Shown: positions 45,361-55,445, counted from the first letter of the stretch. The stretch: 64,000 nucleotides of DNA from Longimicrobiales bacterium (GCA_965206975.1 OZ242253.1:692306-756305); one strand, 5' to 3'. Notes: generated by a model not told the origin, from the sequence alone. A program made the numbers and translations.

Positions 45361-46599
45361 ATGACGAGGGAAGGCGCCACCCGACGCGACAAGAGCCGCC
45401 AACCGCCACCTGCCCCCCGCGGCAGGGAGGCAGGCGCCGTCCGCTCGACGAGGCTTCTCGCCGGGACGGTCCTTCTCCACCTCGTGGTCGCCGTGGCGGG
45501 ATGCGGAACGGACGACAGCACGCGCCCGGCCTCGATCGAGCTCCTGTTCCAACTACAGACGATCGGGATCAACCCGGACACTGACGGCTACACGTTGACG
45601 CTGAACGGCGGCACGCCGATCCCGCTCCCGACGAATGGCGAGACGAGCATTCCGAACACCCCCGTGACGAACCAGGAGTACGAGATCGGGGGACTCGCTG
45701 CCAACTGCCGCCTCGTGACCCATTCCCCCACGGGGATCCTGCAGTTCTCGAGGGACGACTCGACGTACCAGATCGTGGTCCTCTGCCTCCAGCAGGACCC
45801 CGGGAGCCTCCTCTACACCAGCGCCGGCGTCCAGCTCAGGCGCCGGAACGCCTACGGCGGGAGCCTTGAGATCCTCCCCTTCGAAGCGAGTAGCGTGGCC
45901 GCGACACCCGACGGGTCACGGATGGCCTTCGGGCAGTACCAGGACATCTGGACGGCGAATATCGACGGGTCGGGAGACGGGAACGTGACGAACACCATCG
46001 GGATCCTGGAAGAACGGCCCGACTGGTCCCCCGACGGGTCCCGGATCGTCTTCGAGCGATCCGACCCCGGGGGAACGGGCGAGACAGACATCTACGTGAT
46101 GGACACCGACGGCTCGAATGCGGTGAACCTCACCCCCGGCACGGACGCCTCGAGCGAGGCCGAACCCGCGTGGTCGAGGGACGGGAGCCGGATCGTCTTC
46201 CAGTCGGACCGGAGTGAGGCCCCGGGACTCTACACGATCGCCCCGGGCGGGGGTGATCTCACCCGGCTGACGGAGGGACCGGTCGACGTGAACCCCCGGT
46301 GGTCTCCCGACGGGGGCCACATCGCCTTCGGACGCTACCTGGACCCGGACGCGGGCGGGACCAACTTCGAGCTCTTCACGATCGGGGCGGACGGCAGCGG
46401 CCTCACGCAGCTGACCGACAACGGCGACTACAGCACGACTGACGCGGATTGGTCCCCCGACGGGCGGTGGATGGTGATCGCGAGCCGGCCCCTCTCGGGG
46501 AGCGGGCTCTACGACCTCTACTCGATGAGCCCGGACGGGAGGGACATCGTCCGGCTCACCCTCCTTGAGGGGGCGGGCCTGCCGCGCTGGATCCCTTAG
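45361..46599 (+). CDS. TolB-like PD40/WD40 beta-propeller lipoprotein
   Basis: From ATG 45361: …LLHLVVAVAGCGTDD… (lipobox). Repeated motifs: …PDWSPDGSRIVFER…, …PAWSRDGSRIVFQSDR…, …PRWSPDGGHIAF…, …ADWSPDGRWMV…. Confidence 0.85.
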   Translation: MTREGATRRDKSRQPPPAPRGREAGAVRSTRLLAGTVLLHLVVAVAGCGTDDSTRPASIELLFQLQTIGINPDTDGYTLTLNGGTPIPLPTNGETSIPNTPVTNQEYEIGGLAANCRLVTHSPTGILQFSRDDSTYQIVVLCLQQDPGSLLYTSAGVQLRRRNAYGGSLEILPFEASSVAATPDGSRMAFGQYQDIWTANIDGSGDGNVTNTIGILEERPDWSPDGSRIVFERSDPGGTGETDIYVMDTDGSNAVNLTPGTDASSEAEPAWSRDGSRIVFQSDRSEAPGLYTIAPGGGDLTRLTEGPVDVNPRWSPDGGHIAFGRYLDPDAGGTNFELFTIGADGSGLTQLTDNGDYSTTDADWSPDGRWMVIASRPLSGSGLYDLYSMSPDGRDIVRLTLLEGAGLPRWIP

Positions 46600-46689
46600 C
46601 CCCGGGCGCGCGCGGTCCCTCCGTCGCGCCGGGGGCCGGGGAACGGTCCGGAGGAATCGGCATCCCCGCCCCGCCCTGCGGTCCACGTA

Positions 46690-47463
46690 TCAGTGCATCA
46701 TCGCGTAGACGATGTAGTTGACCCCCAGGCGGAAGGCGTCGTTCGTCGGATCGACCGGGAAGACCCCTTCCGGCGACCACTCCCAGTACTCGGCCAAGTC
46801 CGAATTGTGGTTCGCGAGGACCATGATCCGCCTCGTCGGGTCGTTCCCCTCGAAGATTGCCTGGTAGCTCGGGATCACGCGGACGAAGGGGTGAGGCACG
46901 TAGATGTCATCCACCCGGAAGTAGCTCCGAAAGATCGGATGGGATTCGTCGATCTCGATCCAGCGGTGCCCGGGAAGGGCCCGGCCGACCTCGGCCGCCA
47001 TGTTGTCCCACTGCTCGAGCTCGAAGTCGTCGAAGATGAGAAAGCCGCCCTTCAGGAGATACGCCCTCAGGTTCGCGATCCCCTCCTCCGTCGCCCGCCA
47101 GAATCCCGGCTCGGACATGTAGAGGATCGGATGCTCGAAGATCCGCGGGTCCTCGAGATCGAGGACGTTGCTCCCCTCGGTGTTCGGGTCCACCCCCGTA
47201 TACCGCTCGAGGATGAACTGCATGTTCCGGTCCGCATTCGGATAGTCGTGATTCCACGCGGAGCTCCATCCCCACCCGAACCCCGCGCCACCCGCCGGCC
47301 CGTAGCGGAGACGGGTGAAGGTGAACTTGCCGTTGTAGGGGACCTGGTAGAGCGCGTCCTGCAGCGGGGTGCGGGAGGACGCCTCGGGAGCAATCACCCC
47401 CGGGAGCGGGACGGCGAGGAGGGCTGCACCGAGGAGAGCGGCGGGCTTGAGGGGATGGAGCAT
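46690..47463 (-). CDS. DUF4159 domain-containing protein
   Basis: MLHPLKPAALLGAALLAVPLPG…FTFTRLRYG…WNHDYPNADRNMQFIL…HPILYMSEPGFW…LRAYLLKGGFLIFDDF…. Confidence 0.75.
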   Translation of the reverse strand: MLHPLKPAALLGAALLAVPLPGVIAPEASSRTPLQDALYQVPYNGKFTFTRLRYGPAGGAGFGWGWSSAWNHDYPNADRNMQFILERYTGVDPNTEGSNVLDLEDPRIFEHPILYMSEPGFWRATEEGIANLRAYLLKGGFLIFDDFELEQWDNMAAEVGRALPGHRWIEIDESHPIFRSYFRVDDIYVPHPFVRVIPSYQAIFEGNDPTRRIMVLANHNSDLAEYWEWSPEGVFPVDPTNDAFRLGVNYIVYAMMH

Positions 47464-47581
47464 GCCCCCACTCTACGCAGCCGAAGGCCTGAAGGCGAGT
47501 CGCAGGCAGGTAGGCGGTCACGGTCACTGGCCCGAGAGAGCCCGGCTGGTTTATCTTTCGGGTTTACGACAAACCCGGGAC

Positions 47582-48286
47582 ATGGACATGCGACTAACCA
47601 CCACAGGAATGCGCCTGTTCCTCCTCGGCACCACCTTCGGTTGCCAACAGGGCGGATCCGTTGCGCTCGAGAGCGACGACGAGAAGGCAAGCTACGCTAT
47701 CGGCTACGATCTCGGACAGAATCTCGTCGTGGCCCGCAACCACTTGGATCTCGGAGCTCTCGAGGCCGGGATCGAGGACGCGCTCGCCGACCGCGAACAG
47801 CGGCTCTCGGCCGAAGAGGTACAGACCGTCATGGCCGCGTTCAACGAGACGATCCGCACGGAGATGGAGGAGGAGAACGTGGCTGAAACCGCCCGAAACC
47901 TGGAAGAAGGGGCCGCGTACCTGGCCGAGAACGAGGCGCGGGACGGGGTCACGACGACCGCGAGCGGACTCCAGTACGAGGTGCTCCGCGAGGGCGACGG
48001 GGCACGCCTAGCCCCGACGGATCGAGCGAGGATCCACTACCGCGGCACCCTGATCGACGGGACCGAATTCGACAGCTCGCACGCGCGCGACGAGCCGGCG
48101 ACCTTCGGGGTCTCCGATGTGATACCGGGCTTCTCCGAGGGACTTCAGCTCATGTCCGTCGGGAGCCACTACCGATTCGTCATCCCGAGCGATATCGGGT
48201 ACGGCCCCCGGGGCGCGGCGCCCGACATCGGACCGAACGCAACGCTCATCTTCGAGGTGGAGCTCCTCGACATCCCGAGCTCCTAG
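47582..48286 (+). CDS. FKBP-type peptidyl-prolyl cis-trans isomerase (FkpA/Mip-like)
   Basis: From ATG 47582, with a lipoprotein-like signal (…LLGTTFGCQQ…). C-terminal FKBP domain: …GLQYEVLREGDGARLAPTDRARIHYRGTLIDGTEFDSS…FGVSDVIPGFSEGLQLM…. Confidence 0.88.
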   Translation: MDMRLTTTGMRLFLLGTTFGCQQGGSVALESDDEKASYAIGYDLGQNLVVARNHLDLGALEAGIEDALADREQRLSAEEVQTVMAAFNETIRTEMEEENVAETARNLEEGAAYLAENEARDGVTTTASGLQYEVLREGDGARLAPTDRARIHYRGTLIDGTEFDSSHARDEPATFGVSDVIPGFSEGLQLMSVGSHYRFVIPSDIGYGPRGAAPDIGPNATLIFEVELLDIPSS

Positions 48287-48385
48287 GCCGCCTCCGGGGC
48301 GGGCCCAATTGGCCGGGCCGGACCCCGCGGGCCTCCCGCCCTCACAAACGACGCCACCAGCCGAGGGGCGCCCCGGCGACCCGCG

Positions 48386-50353
48386 TCAGTGCGGGAGGTT
48401 GATCGCCGGATTTCGGTCGAAGAACCCGGCCGGCACGAGGTTGAAGCCGTGCATCTCGAGCGGGAGGATCGGCCAGTCCTCCGCGCGCGCGACGTGATGG
48501 AAGCCGATCGTGTACCACAGCACGATGTCCGTGTTCTCGATGTCGCGGTTCTCCGCCGTCCACTTGGGCAGGCCGTCACCCGCCGCGCTGCTCGTCGGAT
48601 AGTCGCCCGCCGCATAGAGCTCGTCGGCCCTCATCGGTGTGGCCCACAGCGTATGCTCGGTGAAGCCCGCCCGCTGCTGCAGGTAGTCGCCAGGGCTCAG
48701 GAGTGACATGATCCCGTGGCCCTCGATCAGGTAGCCCCTCGGATACCCGAGCGGCCCGACCTCGGACGGATTCACGATGCGCCAAAACTCTGGGGCATCG
48801 AGGGAAGCGGTCCTCATTCCGTCGACTTCCCGCCTCGCCGCCTCCGACTCGACACGCCAGACACTCCGCCTCGGGTTCTCCTCGCCCTGAATCTCCGTTA
48901 CGAGCCGGTCCACGACGAGGGTGTTCTCCTGTCCGTCGATGTCGAAGTCGAAGCGGAAGTTGAAGATGTGGCTGTGGTTCACGGCCACGAGGTGCGGCGC
49001 GACGAATCGCCCGTACCGGTCGTCCGCACTCCCGTTGTCCGCCATCGCCTCGTAGGCGCTCCGGGCGCCTACCGCCTTCATCTGGTCGATTCCCGTCGCG
49101 GCGAGATTGACCCGGATCGTCCCGTCCTGCCTGAAGACCCAGTCGAAGAGGTAGTCGTAGTTGCCCGCGCCCATGACCATCCGGAGGACCAAGTCGCGGC
49201 GGGCGCGGCTCTCGACCACCCCTCCGTCACGGGTATGCCGCCACGCCGGCTCATCCGGAAGCCGCTCGAAGATGCAAGCCACGCGTTGGCGCTCTCTCGG
49301 TGCCCCGTCGGCCTGGATCACCCACGTGTCGAAGAAGTGCGCGCGGGCGGGGCAGTCCCGGCCCGGCTCCATCGCGCTCGCCACGCCGCCGAAGCTCCGG
49401 GGATACGTCCCTAGGTCGAAATAGGCCTGATGGCTCCAAGGCTCGTCCGGATCATGATACGGGACGAAGAGCTCGGAGAGCGACGCCTCGTAGAGCACCG
49501 ACCGGAATTCGTCGCCTTCCTGGTGCCCCACCTGCGAGAGGACGATCCCCCGTCGCTGGTCGACCCGGAAGTGGAAGCCCCACCCTTCCCAGCTCACCTG
49601 ATGCCCGGAGACCTCGTACCCCGGCCCCTCTGGCTGCGAGACCAGTATCGGGGGAAGGGCCTTGCGGATCGGCCCAACGGCCTCGGCGTGATGCTCGCCG
49701 ATCGACGGGGGGGTGCCATCGATAGGCCCGTCGTCGATGACCCGGAGGACCTCGCCCGTCTGGCGGTCCACGACGGCGATCAGGTTCGCGATCGGGCTGC
49801 CGAGCCCGGAGACGCGGCCCACCCGGTTCGTGCATCGGAGCCGGCCGAGCCGGCGGCCCCTCTCCTCCGGGGTGTCGAAGTAGGCATCGGATCCGACGCT
49901 GCAGCGCACCTTGTCCAAGTCGGTGAACCCCCGGGCCTCGAGCGCCGCGCGGATCTCCGGGTGCTCCTCCACGTCCGAGAGCGCCGCCCCGTCGGAGGGC
50001 GCGATCATGTACTGGCGATCCGTCACCTCGCGGAACTCCACGACGCTCTCCGCCACGAGATCGACCACGGCCTCGTAGCCCATGTGGTCCTGAACGAAGT
50101 GCACCCGCGCCTCCCGACCGAAGGGCGAACCCGGGCGCCACGCCAGTACCTCGGCCTTCGAGGGCTCATTCAGGCCCGCGTAGAGGAACTCGGCATCCCC
50201 AGTGACGTCGGGGTAGGCCATGAGCGTCTCGTACAGCGTCCAGTGTTCGGCTGCGGAGAGCTCATCCAGCGGGTGGTTGACTGCCTGGGCAGCGGCTCGG
50301 GCGCCCGTCCAGAGGGGAAGGGCAAGCAGGAGGATCGTCAGTCGGGCGCTCAT
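48386..50353 (-). CDS. Copper-containing primary amine oxidase (TPQ enzyme)
   Basis: From ATG 50353, with a signal peptide (MSARLTILLLALPLWTGARAAAQA). The TPQ precursor motif is …MGAGNYDYLFDW…; the C-terminal region has His ligands …HSHIFNFRFDFD… and …FHHVARAEDWP…. Confidence 0.9.
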   Translation of the reverse strand: MSARLTILLLALPLWTGARAAAQAVNHPLDELSAAEHWTLYETLMAYPDVTGDAEFLYAGLNEPSKAEVLAWRPGSPFGREARVHFVQDHMGYEAVVDLVAESVVEFREVTDRQYMIAPSDGAALSDVEEHPEIRAALEARGFTDLDKVRCSVGSDAYFDTPEERGRRLGRLRCTNRVGRVSGLGSPIANLIAVVDRQTGEVLRVIDDGPIDGTPPSIGEHHAEAVGPIRKALPPILVSQPEGPGYEVSGHQVSWEGWGFHFRVDQRRGIVLSQVGHQEGDEFRSVLYEASLSELFVPYHDPDEPWSHQAYFDLGTYPRSFGGVASAMEPGRDCPARAHFFDTWVIQADGAPRERQRVACIFERLPDEPAWRHTRDGGVVESRARRDLVLRMVMGAGNYDYLFDWVFRQDGTIRVNLAATGIDQMKAVGARSAYEAMADNGSADDRYGRFVAPHLVAVNHSHIFNFRFDFDIDGQENTLVVDRLVTEIQGEENPRRSVWRVESEAARREVDGMRTASLDAPEFWRIVNPSEVGPLGYPRGYLIEGHGIMSLLSPGDYLQQRAGFTEHTLWATPMRADELYAAGDYPTSSAAGDGLPKWTAENRDIENTDIVLWYTIGFHHVARAEDWPILPLEMHGFNLVPAGFFDRNPAINLPH

Positions 50354-50426
50354 CGTTGCTCCGGGTTGGGGTTCGGGACCGGACGTCCGAAGCGTCCGCC
50401 TCGCCGTCTGTTCGTTCGAAAATACG

Positions 50427-51089
50427 CTACTCTCCCTGAACCTGCTCCCTCCACGCGTAGAGCCAGGGACGCCGGGCCCGGTCCGCCTGCCGAAAGGTGG
50501 TGGTCTCGGCACCATGCTCGATCATCTCGTCCAACTCGGTCAGACCGAACCGCAGTTTGTTTCGCACCCGCGGGTGTACGCGGATGGGGGTGGGCTCCCG
50601 GTCGGCCCGCTCGATCCACTCCCGTTCTAGATCGACCGTTATCTCCGTGCCGGGGTTCGAGGCGGACCACTCGACGATCTCCTCGATCGCGCCGGACGGA
50701 AGCGTTGCCGCGAGGAGCCCGAGGACGGCACCCGCTCCCTCGAACTCGGGTCCGAAACTCGGCGCGATCACCGCGCGAATCCCGGCGTCCACGAGGGAGC
50801 GAGCTGCCGGAGCGGCTCCCACGCCGGTGCCGAAGTTCTCGCCCGCAAGGAGGATGCTGGCTCCCCGGTACGGCGTCCGGTTCAACACGAAGTCGGGGTG
50901 TCCCGATCCGCTGGCTAGAGAGCGCAGCGCCCCGAAGGGGTGCGGCCCGGGCTCGTGATCGGCTTGGGATCCGGCACCGGGAGAGGCGATGACCCCGCAC
51001 TCGAGATCGGCAAGAAGGAGGGGCGCGGTGATCCCGGTATGGCGAACGAACCGCGGCCCACTCCCGCTCTGGACGGTCGGTAACTTCAT
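50427..51089 (-). CDS. LeuD-like (aconitase swivel-domain) protein with degenerate active-site motifs; no LeuC partner in the window
   Basis: From ATG 51089: MKLPTVQSGSGPRFVRHTGITAPLL…FVLNRTPYRGASILLAGENFGTGVGAAPAARSLVDAGIRAVIAPSFGPEF… The fold pattern resembles the 3-isopropylmalate dehydratase small subunit, but the usual GCGSSREHA motif reads GTGVGAAPA. Confidence 0.6.
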   Translation of the reverse strand: MKLPTVQSGSGPRFVRHTGITAPLLLADLECGVIASPGAGSQADHEPGPHPFGALRSLASGSGHPDFVLNRTPYRGASILLAGENFGTGVGAAPAARSLVDAGIRAVIAPSFGPEFEGAGAVLGLLAATLPSGAIEEIVEWSASNPGTEITVDLEREWIERADREPTPIRVHPRVRNKLRFGLTELDEMIEHGAETTTFRQADRARRPWLYAWREQVQGE

Positions 51090-51269
51090 GCCGGTTCTCC
51101 CACGTCGTACGGGTTGCCGGAGCCCGGGCCCGCAGCGGCCTCCCCCTCCCGCCGGGGAAAGGATGGCCGGGGGACCCCGCATGGACACGTATCCTCAGGG
51201 TAATTCTTCGCCGGGCGGCGCACTCGTGTCAAACCCGGCGCTGGGGCGGGGAGAGGGCGGCGCGAAGGA

Positions 51270-52046
51270 CTACCAGTTCCCACCCGGATACCCCTCTTCC
51301 CACCACGGTACATCCGGCCGGTGGGCCCAGAAGATCCCCCAGAGAAGCTGCTCAGGATCATCTTGGACGAACTCGAGGAGCCCCATCGCCTCGTCCTCCG
51401 TCAGAGGGCCCGGATCCTCGCCCGCCAGCGCTTCCCGGTTTCCTTCCATCGGGGGCGGACGACCGTCCCCCTGGCCCGGTTCCGGGATCACCAGCCCCTC
51501 GTCGGCTCCCGACGGCGACTCCTCCTCCGCGGACTCGGAGACCTCGCCCGGCGCCTCCACACGGGTCATCTCGTCGAAGATGAGCTGGGAGAAGGCGAGG
51601 TTCCACCTCGCGTCCTCGTGCCCCGGGTCGAGCCGGAGCGCCCTCCGGTTACTCGTGATCGCAGCCCCGAGAAGTGGCACCCACGAGTCCGGTTCGGACG
51701 ACGCCTCGAGCTGAAAGAGGAGGTGAATCCCGAGGTTGTAGTGTCCCCGCTGAACGGCCGCCGAATCCCCGGTCTCGGTCGCAAGGCGGAGATACTCCTC
51801 CGCCTCCGCGCCCGCCTCGGGACGGAGAAGGACCGTGCCCAGGTTGTAAAGGGCCTCCGGGCCGGTGAAGCGCGCCTCGGTGCGCGCCCGGTAGAGATCG
51901 GCTGCCTGCTCATCCCGCCCGCTCCGATAGAGGCGGTTCCCGTACTCGAGGCTGCCTCGGTCCATCCAGAGGAGGAGCGCGATCAGCCCCAACGGCGGCG
52001 CCAGGAGGCCGGCCTTCATCCACCGGGCGCCGCGCGGCGCCGTCAC
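51270..52046 (-). CDS. TPR-repeat protein (BatC-like)
   Basis: TM segment plus TPR-like repeats (…GNRLYRSGRDEQAADLYRA…ALYNLGTVLL…GHYNLGIHLL…). GTGA overlap with the upstream VWA gene. Confidence 0.7.
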   Translation of the reverse strand: MTAPRGARWMKAGLLAPPLGLIALLLWMDRGSLEYGNRLYRSGRDEQAADLYRARTEARFTGPEALYNLGTVLLRPEAGAEAEEYLRLATETGDSAAVQRGHYNLGIHLLFQLEASSEPDSWVPLLGAAITSNRRALRLDPGHEDARWNLAFSQLIFDEMTRVEAPGEVSESAEEESPSGADEGLVIPEPGQGDGRPPPMEGNREALAGEDPGPLTEDEAMGLLEFVQDDPEQLLWGIFWAHRPDVPWWEEGYPGGNW

Positions 52047-53089
52047 GCCGTCCCCCGGCGCGGTGCCTCGGCCCTGCGCCCGAGCCGGACGTCGAGAAGG
52101 CTCTCGATCAAGAGACCCGCGAGGGCCGCGAGGACGAGAAGGACCACTGGCTCGTGGCGGGCCCAGAACGGGACAGCCGTCTCCACCTCGAAGGACGCAT
52201 AGAGCGCTTCCAGGGCGCCCGCGTCTGCAGCGTCCGCATAGCGGCCGCCGGCCGCCTCCGCGATCCCTTGAAGCAGAGGCTCGTTCATCCGGGATATCGC
52301 GGGCACGCCGCTATCGTCGACCACCGGGCCGCCGAACTGATACGTCGCCTGCGGCATCACCATCACGCCCCCCTCGGTGGTCCCGACGCCTATCGTATGG
52401 ACGCGGGTCCCCCCGGCCCGGCTCGCCTCCGCTTCCGCGAGAAGCGCGCTCTCGACCTCCGGGGTCTCCCCGTCGCCGATGAGAACCACGAACCGATCCG
52501 CCCCGGGTTCGTCCCCTTCCCCGGCGAGTGCCGCTCCTTCCCGGATTCCGACCCCGAGGAGGGAGCCTGGATCGTGCGCACTCGCCATCGTCGGGCCGAG
52601 CGCGGTCAGGAAGTAGCGGAGCGCCGCATGGTCCCTCGTGGGCGGCGCAAGCGGATACGGCGTCCCCGCGAACAGAAGGAGACCGAACTCCTCCCCCTCC
52701 AGGCGTCCGATCAGCTCGCGGGCGACCTCGAGGCCGCGCGCGAGCCGGGTCGGGGAGGCGTCGACCGCCTGCATCGAGGCGGAGACGTCGATCGCGAGGA
52801 CGATGCTCCGGGGGGGAGGCGGGGGTTCCGGATCGACCGTCCACCGCGGTTCCGAGGCAGCCGCGGCGGCGGCGAGCGCTGCGAACGCGAGGAGAAGAAT
52901 CCGCTCGATCCTCAACCGGTAGAGGTCGGATCCCGAGAGGCGCCGGGCGGCGCGCTCACCCCCGAGGAAGCGGGCGAGTCTCCGTCTCCGCCCGGCCTGT
53001 CTCGAGAGGCCGAGCACGGTCACCGCCACGACGGCAAGCCCGACGAGGAGGACGACCGGGTTCAGGAAGATCACGGGAGGAGCCCCCAC
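52043..53089 (-). CDS. VWA domain-containing protein (BatB-like)
   Basis: N-terminal TM segments and a MIDAS motif (…IVLAIDVSASMQAVD…), …LIGDGET…. Confidence 0.8.
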   Translation of the reverse strand: MGAPPVIFLNPVVLLVGLAVVAVTVLGLSRQAGRRRRLARFLGGERAARRLSGSDLYRLRIERILLLAFAALAAAAAASEPRWTVDPEPPPPPRSIVLAIDVSASMQAVDASPTRLARGLEVARELIGRLEGEEFGLLLFAGTPYPLAPPTRDHAALRYFLTALGPTMASAHDPGSLLGVGIREGAALAGEGDEPGADRFVVLIGDGETPEVESALLAEAEASRAGGTRVHTIGVGTTEGGVMVMPQATYQFGGPVVDDSGVPAISRMNEPLLQGIAEAAGGRYADAADAGALEALYASFEVETAVPFWARHEPVVLLVLAALAGLLIESLLDVRLGRRAEAPRRGTA

Positions 53090-54069
53090 CGGCTCCCTCG
53101 GAGCCCCACGTCGAGCGCCAGGAAGAAGAGCCCCGCAAGGAGGAGCACGCTCCCGAGCGGGCGACGCACCTCGACTTCGACGATCTCCGTGACCGGCGCC
53201 TCTATCTCGTTGATCTCGTCGTATATCGAGTCGAGCGCGGCGGCGCTCGGGGCGCGAAAGTACTCGCCTCCCGTGATCCGCGAGATCGCCGTCAGCACGG
53301 TCTCCATCTCGGCCTCCATCTGGCTCCGCCGCAGGAGGGCCGCATCGCGGGCCGATGTCGGTTCCGCCGTGAGGTCGGGCTCACTCAGAAGCGCGATCGA
53401 GTGCACGCGCACGCCCAGGGCGGCGGCGGCCCGTGCCGTCGAGAGCGGGGCGATCCCCTGGCCGTTGTGCGCCCCGTCGGTGAGAAGGACGATGACACGT
53501 GGCTCCCTCCCCGAATCGAGGAGTCCGTCCGTCGCCGTGAGGACCGCCTCCGAGATGTTCGTGCCGTCAAACACGAGTTGGGGCTCGAGCGACTCGACAC
53601 CCGAGATGATGAGGCGGGAATCGGTGGTCGGGGGCACGCGCGTGGTCGCCTGGCCCGCGAAGGCCACGAGACTCAGTTCATCGAGCGTGCGGTCCTCGGT
53701 GAAGCGGACAGCCGCCTCGCGGGCTACCGTCAGGCGGCTGTTCTCGTCCTCCATGTCTATGGTCAACATCGAGGTGGAGATGTCGACGGCGAGCGCGATC
53801 CCGCTCCCTCGGAGCGTCGTCTCCTCGACAACCTCGACTTGCTCGGGCGCGGCGAGGGCCCCGATGAGAGAGGCCATCGCGGCCAGACGAAGAAGCTGCG
53901 GGCGAAGGAGGGTCGCACTCCGCACGCGCGGCCAGCGGGAGGAGCCCCTCGCGGTCTCCGTCCCGGCATAGAGGACGCCGCCGTGGACCCACGGCCACAC
54001 GAGGAGCCACCAGACGGGGAGGAGGAGGAGGAGGTACAGAAACCCCGGCCTCGCGAACTCTACGGACAT
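53071..54069 (-). CDS. VWA domain-containing protein (BatA-like)
   Basis: MSVEFARPGFLYLLLLLPVWWLL…, MIDAS motif …IALAVDISTSMLTID…, …VIVLLTDGAHN…, and a C-terminal TM segment. Confidence 0.8.
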   Translation of the reverse strand: MSVEFARPGFLYLLLLLPVWWLLVWPWVHGGVLYAGTETARGSSRWPRVRSATLLRPQLLRLAAMASLIGALAAPEQVEVVEETTLRGSGIALAVDISTSMLTIDMEDENSRLTVAREAAVRFTEDRTLDELSLVAFAGQATTRVPPTTDSRLIISGVESLEPQLVFDGTNISEAVLTATDGLLDSGREPRVIVLLTDGAHNGQGIAPLSTARAAAALGVRVHSIALLSEPDLTAEPTSARDAALLRRSQMEAEMETVLTAISRITGGEYFRAPSAAALDSIYDEINEIEAPVTEIVEVEVRRPLGSVLLLAGLFFLALDVGLRGSRWGLLP

Positions 54070-54253
54070 CAGGCGATCACTCAGGCCATCAACCAGCCGC
54101 CGGGGCGAGAGCGGAACGGGGACCGTCCCAAGCCCGCAGTCCCCCAGGAAGGCGGGTGGCCGGGCGCGCCACCCTGCGGCGGGCCTGCGTCAGGCTCGGC
54201 ATCCACGGCCCCGCTGAACTCTTTCGACCGTGACCGTCGCGCGGGAAGCTCGG

Positions 54254-55311
54254 TCATAAGGCCGGAAGCGGGTAGCCCAGGGTGCTCAGCCGGGAGCGGT
54301 GTTCCGCGAGGAAGCGACGTATCTCGGTCATCGGGACGGAAAAAGTCACGCCGTAGCGTATCTCCTGCACCGGTTGCAGGTAGACGGGCCCTTCGTACGG
54401 CGCGAACGGATCCTGCCCGAGCTCCGCGCCCTCCGGGGCGACGAGCCGATCCTCCGTACGCGCTGCCGCGGCGCGCGCGATCCCCACCCACTCGAGCGCG
54501 TCTCCCTCTCCCCTCACGGCGAGGATCGGCGCTCCGCTCAACCCCTGATTCCACAGCCCGTCGAGAAGGAAGGAGTCGTTCGAGCCCCGGTCTCGGTCGC
54601 TCACGATTCCCTGCGTGACCATCTGGAATCCCGCAGGGTACCCGATGACGTAGACGAGAGATCCGAAGGATAGCCGCCCGGGTTCGCCGGTGACGAGGTG
54701 GGAGGGAGGCCGGTCGCCCGGGTGTTCACCTCCTCCTCGAAGCGCACGCCGAGGAGCGCCAGGTCGCGGGCGGGGTCGCGGGCCAAGATCTCGAACGGAT
54801 CGACGTAGTACGCGCCGGTTACGCTGTTCTCCTGCCGGGTCTTGATCGTGATGCGCTCGATCGCCCGCTCTCCCCCGGCCTCCGGCTCGCTCTCCCCCGC
54901 TTCCGCGAAATAGTTGATGACGGTGTCGGCAAAGCTGACGCCGTGATCCGTGGTGAGGATCGTGAGCACGCTCGGATAGGACGCGATCACGATGCCCGTG
55001 GACTCGGTCCCTTCCCGCGACTGCACCGTGTCCCGGGCGAGCCCACGAATATCGCCTCCCGGGGCCCGCATCTCCGCCTCCGTCGGGGCCTCGTCCTCGG
55101 CAAAGACGTGCGTCTCGTAGGAGCGGCTCACGAAGACGCGAACGACCGAGGCGACGGCGTCCTCGAGGGCGCCGGACACATCGCGGGCGGGGAAGTTCGT
55201 CCGGTAGTACGCCTGAGGGCCAGGGTCGCTCTCCACGTACCTCGTGCAGCCAGCCAGCGCGGCGGCAAGCGAGGAGAGGGTCAGAACGAATCCGAGGAGA
55301 GGTCTTCCCAT
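54254..55311 (-). pseudogene. Trypsin-like (S1) serine protease lipoprotein, frame broken near 54690-54730
   Basis: Fragment 1 from ATG 55311: MGRPLLGFVLTLSSLAAALAGC…ILTTDHGV… (His), …DLALLGV… (Asp). Fragment 2 in another frame: …GEPGRLSFGSLVYVIGYPAG…GLSGAPIL… (Ser). The catalytic triad is therefore split across two frames. Confidence 0.7.
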
Positions 55312-55445
55312 CCGTCCGGAGCTGCAGTGAGGCACACGGGCTCGGGAGGGGTGCCCCCAGACCGCGGGGACAAGATGCCCCGCGCTGCGGGGCACAGCAA
55401 GCAGAACAGGGCCGTGGGCGAGCAGGCCGGGACCGACCCCGGGCG

